A stretch of DNA of 63,130 bases, filler included. It is 14 parts of 14 records of this genome, joined end to end, with 100 filler letters (N's around TTAATTAATTAA, not from the genome) between each part and the next. Parts side by side here need not be neighbours in the genome. Positions count along the whole stretch, not along the records: positions 7,268 to 13,143 come from SRR7504441_23232; positions 13,244 to 16,532 come from SRR7504441_23248; positions 16,633 to 21,346 come from SRR7504441_23267; positions 21,447 to 25,710 come from SRR7504441_23321; 10 more parts are not named here. The stretch is one strand, 5' to 3'. The notes beneath the pieces are model-generated. The model was not told the origin of the DNA, searched no databases, and saw only the letters and a list, made by a program, of their open reading frames with translations. This document shows positions 11,016 through 21,484 of this stretch, piece by piece (positions within the stretch are counted from its first letter, which is position 1; the number at the start of each line of letters is the position of its first letter). The position numbers and the translations under genes were made by a program.

Positions 11016-12839
11016 TCAAAAATCTTGGCAGGATTGCTCTAGAGAAATGTGAAACAGTTGTGCCACTGGTGGAGTTTGAACCGGGGTAGGATACCGACCA
11101 TGGCTCTGCGGCTCTACATCGGTGGTCAAATCGGCGATAGTCTGCACAACGATCGCCTCTGCACCTCCGATAGTAGCTGTGCCCAGATACAAGTTGGATG
11201 CCACTGCTGATCGGATAGTCACGAGCCCACGGGACTCTGCAACTATGAACGTGATGCTGGGATTTGGACTGGTGCAGCCTGCCTGGCTTGCCACAGCAAC
11301 CAGCTCAGGCTCGCCGGTATGATTGGTGACGGCCAGCCAGCGCGCGGAGCTGTCTTGGAGCCCAACCCCGGTGCCGCATGGCCGCACGGTGAACTTCTGG
11401 GGCTCGCTCACGTGGCTCTGGGTAGGGTCGAGCATCCGTGTGTGAAGTCCAGCATCATCGTGCTCACCGCTGCTCATGAAGCGGCCGCTCGGGGTCATTA
11501 CGACCACCCTGCGGTTGGCGTAATACTTGGGCCAGCCGATCTCCTTGTCACAGCGTTCACCGCTGAATCGAGTGCGGCACACACACCGGCCGCGCACCGC
11601 TGAGCCGTTGAGACACACTCGAGCCTCGGATGCACTCGCGTTGGGCGCGCTCCGTTGGGCGGCATTCAGGGCGTCGATCGCAGCTGTCTGGAGCCCTACC
11701 GTCGCCGACTCGAACACCGTCCGGCCTGCCCACCAGCCGCCAAACTTGCCTTCAATGTCCTGGCTGCTCTGCCAGGCCGCGTCCGCATTCGCCTTCAGGA
11801 AGCGCTCGTATCTAGCTTCTTTGGCACCGGCAAGAGGCAGCCCAGCGTCCAGCATGTAGCGGAGGTAACGGACAAAGATCCCCTTGAAGAGCGCGCCGTC
11901 GCCGCAGCCAGTCTCGGCCAGCACGCCATCAGCATCCGTGAGCCGTAGCAGCACTGCGTCAGCAATCGCTTCCGCCTGTGTCACCAGGCTCTGATTCCGT
12001 GTGAGCAAGTACAGCTGCGCCAGACCTCCCAGGATCACCCCCTGGTTATAGCTGTAGGTAGTGGCCTGGTTGTTCTGGCACTGCGCGTCGAGCCCGTCGT
12101 TGATGAGCGATTGTCCGTTAATCATCCCGCTCGATTCGAACCAGCGCCACGCCCGCACTGCCCAGCCCGACTGATTCAGCTTGGCAGCCGCCGCCAGGAA
12201 GAGCTCATTGGCGATCGCGTTTTTGTACGAGTGGTGCGTGCTCCACCAGATGCCCCCACCGCAGGCCGCCGCACTCTCGTTCCAGGCACGCGCCGCCACG
12301 TGCTCGAAGATCAGCTCGGCGCGCCCCCTGAGCAGCGCGCTGGCCTTGGCGGAGGCTGCCGTCGAGCGCAGCTGGTGCATCTCTGCGCATCGGAGCATTG
12401 AGAGCGCCCACCAGAGCACGTCGTCGTAATACGGCCAGCCACGGTCTTGGCGGGGCATGGCCGGCGCGTGCGAGCCGTTGCAGCCGAGCGGCGCGGAGGC
12501 CTCGAGCTCGAATCCGTCGGCCGGCCAGGCGCTCTCGATCACCGGGTCGAGATCGGCCGTCCCGCTGTAGAGCTGGTAGTTGCATAACGCCTCCACCGTG
12601 TTGGCGCGCACCCAGTTGGCCTGGTAGCCGTTACAAGTGCAGCTCTGGTTGGCGTCGGCGGTGCAGCTGTCGTGCCGGCCGCTGCCGGGCCCGTGGCCGA
12701 TCCAGGAGCCCAGCCCAGGCATATAGTAATTGGCCTGGAGCACATCGATCGCGCTGCGGGCATCTGCCAGCGGGCGCACGGGCTGCGAGGCCGACCCGGC
12801 AGCTGCGTGCGCCCAGGCCGTCACTATCAGCCACGCCAT
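11016..12839 (-). CDS. Secreted GH76 glycoside hydrolase (alpha-1,6-mannanase-like) with EGF-like domain and C-terminal beta-rich module; intronless
   Basis: YYDDVLWW catalytic DD motif, CGGGIWW, YKNAIANELF, LINDGL, YSYNQGVILGGL, FKGIFVRYL. EGF-like CLNGSAVRGRCVCRTRFSGERC. Signal-like N-terminus from ATG 12839. Confidence 0.9.
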   Translation of the reverse strand: MAWLIVTAWAHAAAGSASQPVRPLADARSAIDVLQANYYMPGLGSWIGHGPGSGRHDSCTADANQSCTCNGYQANWVRANTVEALCNYQLYSGTADLDPVIESAWPADGFELEASAPLGCNGSHAPAMPRQDRGWPYYDDVLWWALSMLRCAEMHQLRSTAASAKASALLRGRAELIFEHVAARAWNESAAACGGGIWWSTHHSYKNAIANELFLAAAAKLNQSGWAVRAWRWFESSGMINGQSLINDGLDAQCQNNQATTYSYNQGVILGGLAQLYLLTRNQSLVTQAEAIADAVLLRLTDADGVLAETGCGDGALFKGIFVRYLRYMLDAGLPLAGAKEARYERFLKANADAAWQSSQDIEGKFGGWWAGRTVFESATVGLQTAAIDALNAAQRSAPNASASEARVCLNGSAVRGRCVCRTRFSGERCDKEIGWPKYYANRRVVVMTPSGRFMSSGEHDDAGLHTRMLDPTQSHVSEPQKFTVRPCGTGVGLQDSSARWLAVTNHTGEPELVAVASQAGCTSPNPSITFIVAESRGLVTIRSAVASNLYLGTATIGGAEAIVVQTIADLTTDVEPQSHGRYPTPVQTPPVAQLFHISLEQSCQDF

Positions 12840-13041
12840 TGAGGCTGCACTGGCCAGTGGGTGCACCACCAGGCTCGAGCCCTGCTTGCACATCGAGCTA
12901 AGCCCAAACCCAGCGTCCCAGCGACCAGCCGGGCCCAATGAGTAACGGACTTATGAACTACGTTTTCGAAAGTTACCGGTTAACATATGCGACATGCCTT
13001 TTTCATCAGTCAGATCACAGCTTGCTCATCCAGCGAAGACA

Positions 13042-13143
13042 ATGTCGCGCCCCGGACTGACCCTGATCGCACTCGTGGTGGCCGCCGGCCTGACCGCGGC
13101 CCTCCCTACCAGTGCCGACTACCTCTCGGTCCCCGACAACGAA
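13042..13143 (+). CDS. Secreted protein, N-terminal fragment (signal peptide)
   Basis: MSRPGLTLIALVVAAGLTAALPTSAD..., cut by the contig end. Divergent from GH76. Confidence 0.6.
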
Positions 13144-13243
13144 NNNNNNNNNNNNNNNNNNNNNNNNNNNNNNNNNNNNNNNNNNNNTTAATTAATTAAN
13201 NNNNNNNNNNNNNNNNNNNNNNNNNNNNNNNNNNNNNNNNNNN

Positions 13244-13715
13244 CTGGTCTTTAGAGAAGGCAAAGTTATCTTTTGAGCTGCATTGCTGTAGGTGCGAGCA
13301 AAGCCTCGTCTGTGATGATGATGTTTGCGCCTTCCCTGCTCAAGTCAATTGAGAAATCGATGAAGAAAAAAGCATCTCTCAAAGCTAGTGGCGTCGTGCC
13401 CAAGAGGTGAAGCCCAGCAACCATGACCGCCCACTGATGGTGTGCAGCTACTCCTCGCTAGTCCGTAAGCACAAGCAAGACCACTTAGTAAAGCGCTACA
13501 CGGGGTGTTATGGAGTGTTGCCGCCTCTAGCACAGGAGATCAGCGACCGCAGAACGCTAGCCAATATGAGCAGCAAAACAGCTGGGAGAAGATGGGGCAC
13601 TTCAAGTGGTCGATCTGAGTCATGCATGATCAATCTGGGCCGAGGCTCTGCCACCCGACCACTCTCTCGGGCAGATCCATTTGCAACCTCGCTGAAGCAT
13701 CCCATCAAACTCTGA
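13244..13715 (+). CDS. Hypothetical protein, 3' fragment
   Basis: Open frame 13407-13715 ends just before an AT-rich convergent intergenic region. No recognisable motif. Confidence 0.3.
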
Positions 13716-13976
13716 GCAAAGGTACGCACGTGCAGAGTACGTGCAGAGCTAGCCGTCACTTGGATTGAACTTCAATACTTAAGCTATACAGTACTCAGGC
13801 TTGCAAATACTTGTTCAATACTTTGTTAATTATTAATACTTTGGATAAATGAATCTTTACAAAAGCCCGTGCGCGACATCTGGTCAAATTAGTCATAATT
13901 AAATGCGATCTTTATTCGTTCGTGAGAAGCATTGCGCCTACACTGCGCCCACTCAACTGGTAGACCTATGGTAGAA

Positions 13977-16532
13977 CTATATTGGATACGGAGGTGGCAT
14001 GTTGTACATGGGACCAGGACCAGCATAGTTCCTGTTGAGCATTGCTTGATGTGCTCTCGAGTCCGCTGTGATCCCTGGTATGCGCCTCCCGTCGAGGGTC
14101 ATTGTTTCTGGTGCAGGATACTGGAGGTGCCTAGCTCTCGTGGGTATTGCCTGTAAAATCGATTGGTTTGAGAAGCACACCCTAGCTAGCTTACCAGTGG
14201 ATGCACCCCACTCAACTGGGTCACCTCATCGCCTCTTGGCGGGGAAGATGCTTCCAACTGCCCCATACACAGTCAGCACCCGCTCCGCGCACTCTTAGTC
14301 ACCTTCAATTGCCGCAGCTTCAGGTCCACCTTCATATCCTCGATGGACTTTGAATCGATTGTGCCGTGTGTGAAAGGGCCCCAGTTTCGAAATGCGTCCT
14401 CTGGCTCTAACCCTAATGCTTCTCTTCTCAGCTGGTCATCTACAATCTGGTTTGCCATCCGACTCTGCTCTGCTATTCTGCAAATGTTTGATGTCAGACC
14501 CGCTGCACCGTCACACAACAGGGCGCACCTGTCTTGCAGCTCTGGCATCTCTGCCAAATACCAATCCAGTGTGCCAGTGGCGGGCCCATCGCTACTACCC
14601 TGGTGCTCTTCCTCCCTAGGTGTTGAAGGCCCGGGAGCAAGCGCCCGTTCGACCAGTGGGAAACGCCCAGGTGACCGGGTGTAGCTCGACGACCACAGTC
14701 GATCGGGCTGCTGGGCCTCTTCCAGCACCTGCCTGGCGCTCTGAAGCTCGAGATCCATCCGAAACTTGTCTAATGACGCTGGACTTGTCCGGCTCACAGT
14801 CTCACCAGATTCTGCCACTGGCGACCGCACCTACATCACACTGTTTGAGTGCCAGGGCTCAGGGAAGTGTCACCTGGGATGGAGACGAGCTAGCTCGCGA
14901 TCGATCAGCTCTGCTCCGAGCAGCTCTCAGCAAGGAATTACTGAGGTCATGAGCCTGCACCATTCGCTTAGATTCAGCAAACTAATGCAAGGGCAATGCT
15001 CACCGGGACGCCCAGGTGATAGTCCCGCCGCAGCTGCTGAGTCAGCATGTCCAGCCCCGCCTGCTCTGCGTGGAATGTGGCCGGTATTGAAGCGATCCCC
15101 GGATAATACTCTGGTGCCGCCACATTTCTGGCACTAGTCGAAGCTGCGGCTTCTTCTTCCTCGATCAGCTTTGCAGCTCGTGCCCTTGCTACCTCTTTCA
15201 TTGGCGGCGGCATGCCAGCAGTAACTGCTGCTGCTGCGCGCTGAGTATCTAGTGCCTTGATAGCCTGCTCTACTGCCTGTAAACCGCGGCCTGGCGTTCG
15301 TGGGGTGAGTCGCTGCTTGTGATGCCGGTCTGCAGCAGTTGCCGCAGCGTGCAGCGCTTGCTTGGCAGCATGCTTTTCCTCTTGTGCTCGTGCAGACGCA
15401 TCTGCAGCTGCGCGTGCTTGCTCGTCTGCGCGATCTCTCATCTCTAATGTGCGAGGCGACACTGCCAAGTCTGGGGAGTCAAACAGCACTGGAGTCTCTC
15501 TAGCCAAGTCCGCACGGGCCCTGGCTGCTGCAGCAATGGCTTCTTTGGCCTCATGCTCTGCGAGCTGCCACCTTGCCTTGCTTTCCAAGTCAGACAGGTC
15601 TCTTCTCGGTGTCTTTGAGGCCACAGGCTGCTGCTCATCTGAGGGTACCCCGAACACTATACGGTCCTTCTCGCGCATCTGCTCGCCATCGACACGGATG
15701 ATACCTGCCTGCAGACCAGATTCAAACTCCTCAGGGTCGATTACCCCGTCGTTGTTGGTGTCCAGCCTACTGAACGCGCCCCCTGCACTGCCTGCGTCAC
15801 TTCCTGGACTTCTGCTGGCCGAAGCGGCCACTGCCCGCGCCTGCTCCCTTGCTGCCAGCGACCTTGCCCGGTCGGCCCTCTTCTCTTCTTTTATCCTGTG
15901 TTCTTCTGCCTCATCCCTCGCCCGCTCGGCTTCTGCTTGAGCACGCTTGGCTTCCTGGGCAGCTTCTTCAGCAGCCCTGAGCCGTTCTGAGGACCGATGC
16001 TCTGCAACCTTTCGATAATCTTCTTTGGTCTTAACAATGTGTTCGCTCTCTTTATTCCTCATGCTGGCTCGCCAGGCAGCGCCCTGAGCCTGCCTTACCG
16101 GAGAGATCGTGCGCTGTCTCTCAGACCTCAGAGCAGCCTGCTCTTCTGCAAGGACAGCTGCCCTAATCATTGCCGCCTGATCTGGAGACATCGCTCCCTG
16201 GGCTTTCTGAGCCTCGAGTGCAGACTCGGCCTCCTCTCGGGCCTGCTCCGCGACCAGCAGCTGCTGTTTGGCTTTCAGGGCCGCCTGCTCAGCTCGGAGT
16301 ACTCTTTCTTCATCATCGTCCGATGCTATGGGAGAGTTGGGACGGCTCTTTATCCTCTCCTCTAATCGAGCCTCCTCCACCATAAGTGCAACGTGAGCCT
16401 TTTCGGTGGCCTTAAGCTCGTCCTTGGCTTTCTTTGTAGCTTCCTCGGCTGTGCGTGCCCGCTCGGTAGCCACCGCCTCCTCTACACGGCAGGCTGTCTC
16501 AAGATCAACTTTTGCCTTCTCAGCTGCCGCCT
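13977..16532 (-). CDS. Coiled-coil/EF-hand protein with a C-terminal PGP (SHIPPO/STPG-like) motif, 5'-truncated, spliced
   Basis: EF-hand FSRLDTNNDGVIDPEEF; Ala/Glu/Arg-rich heptads; C-terminal YAGPGPMYNMPP. Exons correspond to ORFs 14974-16473, 14273-14830 and 13977-14180. Confidence 0.6.
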
Positions 16533-16676
16533 NNNNNNNNNNNNNNNNNNNNNNNNNNNNNNNNNNNNNNNNNNNNTTAATTAATTAANNNNNNNNNNNN
16601 NNNNNNNNNNNNNNNNNNNNNNNNNNNNNNNNATATCCAATTGTACAAATCCATGAAATCACATACCCAGCATTTA

Positions 16677-18118
16677 TTAATTGAACCCGCCTAGGTTATT
16701 AAACACAGGCACCTCGTCCCGCAAGACGCAAAGGCTAGCGAGAGCCCCGTCCGACTGGCTGGCCAGCAGCTCGGCTGCCCGGTGCAGCTCTTGAAGCACA
16801 AATTTCTGGGCCTTTCTTGACTGGATGACTGCTCCGAGGTCGTGCTCGTCCTCAAAAGGATCCTCCACGCACAGCCGCCAGCTTGAGTCACCCAACTCAG
16901 CCGCCCGACCCGCCACCCGACTCACCGACATCCAGGTCTTGCGCTTGGGTACCCGTGTGCCTAGCCTGCACGGCCGGTCAGAGTTTCGATAGCGCAAAAA
17001 GTACCTGACGCAGGCCACGTGTTCTCGAGGGTTGAATTGACTTGCCATGTACTCAAAGAATCCCCGGAGCATTGCGCTAGCTGGTGGCCGGGCCCGGGTC
17101 GGCCAGGCGCGGGCTGTCAGCCACAAATTACTGCGGCCGGCCGACTCTCAGCTACAAAATACCTGCCGTAAGATCTTCGCAGAACCAGGCATTGACCAGG
17201 CTGAGGGTGCGTTGGCTGAGAACTGCTGAGTGCCCGCGGTCGCGGTCAGGTGGGCTGACGGGTCTCACGGGGCGGCGGGCGGATGGGCACCATTGGAGCG
17301 AGGGGAGCAGCTGCTGGGCTTGCAGGTAGTTCACAGCCAGTAGGCTCCACGCGTAGCATGAGAGTGTACAATTCACTGGGCTGCTGACACCACGCCGCTT
17401 CGCCCACCTCGAAGAGCGTGAGCAGACAGCGGCAGGGTGCGCACCATTTGACGGTGCTTATGAGCAGCCCACACTGCTTGTCGAGCTGGGTGTAGGCTTG
17501 GATGAGTCGGCTGTTGTGTACCGCGAGCAAATTGTTGATTGACAGGTCACACTGCACGCCGCTGGCCAAGTGCATTCCTCGAAGCAGCGGTATGCCTGCC
17601 CAATGGATTTGCTACTAGCCAGCACGGGGCCACTCACGCGCGCCAATGATCTCCTGCGCTGCCAGCTCGCCCTCAAGCCGCGCCCCAACAATCCGAAGGT
17701 GCTCAAGCGTGGCAACTCGGCCCTGCTACCAACGGTAACAAAAGCCGGTAGTAACTGACACCTCTGGCCCGTCCGGGAGTACCAGACACAGGTCTAGGTC
17801 GCTAAGAGGATTGGACAGGTTGTTGGCGCTTCCTCCAAACTGTTTTATTCGACAGTCGGGCCACAGTGCCCGTAGCTTTGCCTCGAGCCGGTCGGCGAGG
17901 CTCTGCCGCAGCTCGACGGCTTGCAAGACTGGGAGGTTGTCAACTGCTAATCGCTCCAAGTCCCCATCGAGCTGCCGTCTACTCAGCCGGTAATAGATAC
18001 CCATTAGGACAAATAAGGCAAGAGAGTGCGGGACGGAGTGCTTCATTGTGGACTTTGGGAGGGGTTCAGACCGGCATCTGTCGTCTGTTCGCTGATCGCA
18101 GTCAGGCCTGCTCACACC
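16677..18118 (-). CDS. Cid1-family terminal uridylyltransferase / non-canonical poly(A) polymerase domain (separate gene, or C-terminal half of the 21241 gene)
   Basis: FGGSANNLSNPLSDLDL, AR|IPLL, CDLSINNLLAVHNSRLIQAY, VKW|WAKRRGV, TLSCYAWSLLAVNYLQ, LRGFFEYMA, LCVEDPFEDEHDLG. Confidence 0.85.
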
Positions 18119-18829
18119 CTAACCACTATGTAATTAATCCAACAGCCCTTCGAGCCAGCCGGCCACAGTTTCAGCCCCACACAACAGCCAGCCCACCGAT
18201 CTCAACATCAGCTGCCGCAGTAACCTCCATGCCAGCTCACGAGCTCCCAGCCATCCGCTCGCCCATATCGTGCTCAACATCCCCTCACAGCGAACGTAAC
18301 CGGCCCTGGCTGACCTCCTCATACCGCCCCTGAATCCGATCGCTCCCAAGCCTCCCTACCAAGCCACCTTCTCCTTCAGAACGGAGATTACAATCCACAG
18401 ACGCAGCTTGACCACAAGCGCACACCTCTAGCATGCGTTGCGACCAGCTAGACCACTCCAAGCGCAACACCCACCCGCTCCCCCCCCACCCGACCAGCGG
18501 GATCCAGCAGCCACACAGCTCGGCCGCTCAGGCTCAAACAAGGCGACGTCATGTGGACAACATAGCCACCAGCGTCTTGGACACATCCGGGACATGGGCA
18601 GCATCCTCGTTACCATCACAGTCACAGTACGGATCTATTAGGGTTGGATGTAGAGGCTCAGACTGTCGCTAACATCTAGCCCAGGTATCACCACTAGACG
18701 GATATAATATATGAGTATTAAGCCCAGGGCGCATGCTTGGGGGTCGGCCGCAGGTGCGAGATGGGGGAACTGGTCCAGCAGGTGATCCGGCAGGAATGCA
18801 GGCAGCGTGTGTCCTGCCCTCACAGGTAA

Positions 18830-21241
18830 ATCTCCAACTGTCGTCCACCAACACCTGCGAGTGGTGTGAGCCATCCCAGCTTCGGCTGATCGATCCTGTC
18901 GAGCTGGACCAGTTCACCGCTGGTGCCACCCTTTATAATCCCCAACCACTGCTCCGAACTGACCTGTTGGCAGACTGCTGGAGCATGAACCATTGGTGCA
19001 GCCCGCTGAACACCAGCTCGCTCCCTCGCTCAAGCGCCTGTCGGCAAAGCTCAGCCAGAACCGGCGATTCTCAGCCACAAACCGGGAGGTAGCATGACTT
19101 GGTCTGCTCCTGCAGGTCGAACGCAGGCTGGAGCACCAGCATCCCTACCGGCACAGAATCCCTAACCGCCATTCCAACCAACACCTGCGCTTTGCTGCCA
19201 CTCGAGCTCAAAGTGCTGGGCCGTGATTTTATGTATCCGTCTAGGCTTGACCTTCCGCCTTCTGCCTGGCTCTGGCTGCTCAGTGTTGTTTGAGGCCAGC
19301 CCGCGGGTCATTGGGTCCAGCGGCTGCACCAGCCGCTCTCAGCCACAGAATGACGCCGGCCGACTGCTCTCAGCTATGAGTCACCTGCAGCTTCCGGAGC
19401 CGCTCGGCAAGCCCCGGTGGGAGCCCCATGTGCCCACGGGGGGAGCACGGGGAAAGTTCGGGCGACCCAGGCACTTCCAACGGCTTCTCCAGGTGCGATG
19501 CGTCCCATCCCGGCACCGCCCAGTCCTTCCTGGCCTTAACCCATCCCTGCTTGCCTGCGGAAAAGGCCCCGGCGGTCACAGACAGCCAACGCTCTTGCTC
19601 TAGCTCCGCGTGTGCTCCAGTGAAATAAATCACTGAGCCAGCTGGGAGTGCGCTGCTCACCTGCTGACACGTTTGACTAGCACGAGGGTAACGGACACGC
19701 CTGAGCCTGCCCGGGCGCCCGGTGCAGCTGGAGTGGCGCGGCTGTGACTATCGAGATCTGTTTGTACATCGACAGGTTCCAGCTGGACGTGAGGTTGCCA
19801 ATCGTGCTACTGGTCGGCACTGCAGGCATCAAGGTCTCCCGCCCGCCCGCCCGGAACTTCTCTTTCAGACCGATAAGCTGCTTGTGCTGTCCCCTCAGCG
19901 AGTAGCTCAGTTTGCCCCCAGGCGACGGCCCGTTTGGCTGGACATCCATGCAGTCGCGCCGGGCCGACCACCGGCCAAGCTGCCGCGCCGCACAGCACAG
20001 GAACGTGTCGGCCGCGTCTGCGTCGGGCTGGCGCATTAGCTGACGCATCCGTCCAGCCCCGAACCGGAGGGCTTGAATCATCCGACGACCGCTCCCTGGG
20101 CCAACTGCTTGCCCGAGGTTGTTGGACGGGTCGAGTGGGTCGATAATGGTCATCCACTTACGGGAGAGCCCGTCCTGGGTGCTCTCGAGCTGCACCACGC
20201 GCTCTCAGCGACAAATCATGCTGACCGGCCGCTCTCAGCCACAGTCACCTGGACGCTGTACAGCTCGCTCAGCTCAGCCATCCTTCCCTGCCCGAGCACA
20301 GATAGCACGTGCTGATTCCAGTCAAACCGGCCGTAGCACTGCAGGAAGCCGTGCAGCACCCGCGCCGGGGAACACCTGTCGGTTACCATAGGTGTTTCTT
20401 ACCATTAAAGCGCACCGGTCGGGCCCCAGCTGGAGCAGCAGCCCAAGCGTCATCAGCTCAAGCGCATATGAGGGTAGCCCGCCGTTGCTCCCGAGCAGCC
20501 GGCCTTCGCAGCTCGCCCAGACCTCGACCGCTACAGTGAGCTATCTGTCATCGTTGGGGCTGGACCTTGACCGCTAGGATGCTCCGTTTGAGCAGCTCGC
20601 TCCGCCCGATCGCTTGGGCCGCTGCGTTCAGGAAGCAGACCGCTGACAGTCCGCGGAGCTGGTTGGCCGAGATATCCACCGCGATACGCCCCACCTGTCA
20701 TCAATGGTAACAGATGGAACAGCAACAGCCCCACCTGGCATTTGACCACCGGAGTGGCCGCGGAGACCAGTTGCGGCCCCGGCCCGACCGCGAACTGACC
20801 GGGCGGGCCGCGGCTCTGCACAAGCATTATCTGGTGCACCTGCCCTAGTGCTGGCAGAAACCAAAGGACAGCCACCTGCTCGAGCCCGACGGTCGGGTCG
20901 CAGCGGAAGAAGGCGCAGATGTCGATGTCGCCGTCCGGCAGGTAGGTACAAAGCGGAACCGATCCGAAGCAGCACACCGCCACGCACGGTTGGAGCGTAT
21001 TGAGCAGGGCGGCCACAAACCGGTACACTGCTGCCCTGTAGTTATTGGTGGCGGCCGACGGCGAGGCGGCCGCCACGATCGCGTCGAACCGCCGTTCGAA
21101 CTCTGGGGAGAGCTCCGATGGCGGCCCGGGAGGCGGGGGGGGCTGAACGGGTGGCGGCTGGTCGAGAGGGGGGTCGGGAGGGGCGAGCGGGCGCTGAAGC
21201 AGTTCAAGCACAGTCGGGCCGCCTGAAGGTTCGGCCTCCAT
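18830..21241 (-). CDS. Nucleotidyltransferase of the plant/protist PAP/OAS1-substrate-binding-domain family, with downstream low-similarity exons
   Basis: FGSVPLCTYLPDGDIDI, VVKCQ|VGRIAVDISANQLRGL, LLKRSILAVK, IIDPLDPSNNLGQAV. ATG 21241. Exons continue past 19677 via a GC-AG intron at 19661-19700. The 3' end is uncertain. Confidence 0.8.
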
Positions 21242-21484
21242 CTCCTTCGGCGCCACGAGTAAATCTACAGAATAGATCAACGTACAATACAATCGTAGTA
21301 CGGTACCAGCTACCTGGTACAGTCAGTTGCTACCATTTAGAGAAACNNNNNNNNNNNNNNNNNNNNNNNNNNNNNNNNNNNNNNNNNNNNTTAATTAATT
21401 AANNNNNNNNNNNNNNNNNNNNNNNNNNNNNNNNNNNNNNNNNNNNTGATCTCTCAGTACATCTATATGGGTGTGTGACACTGG

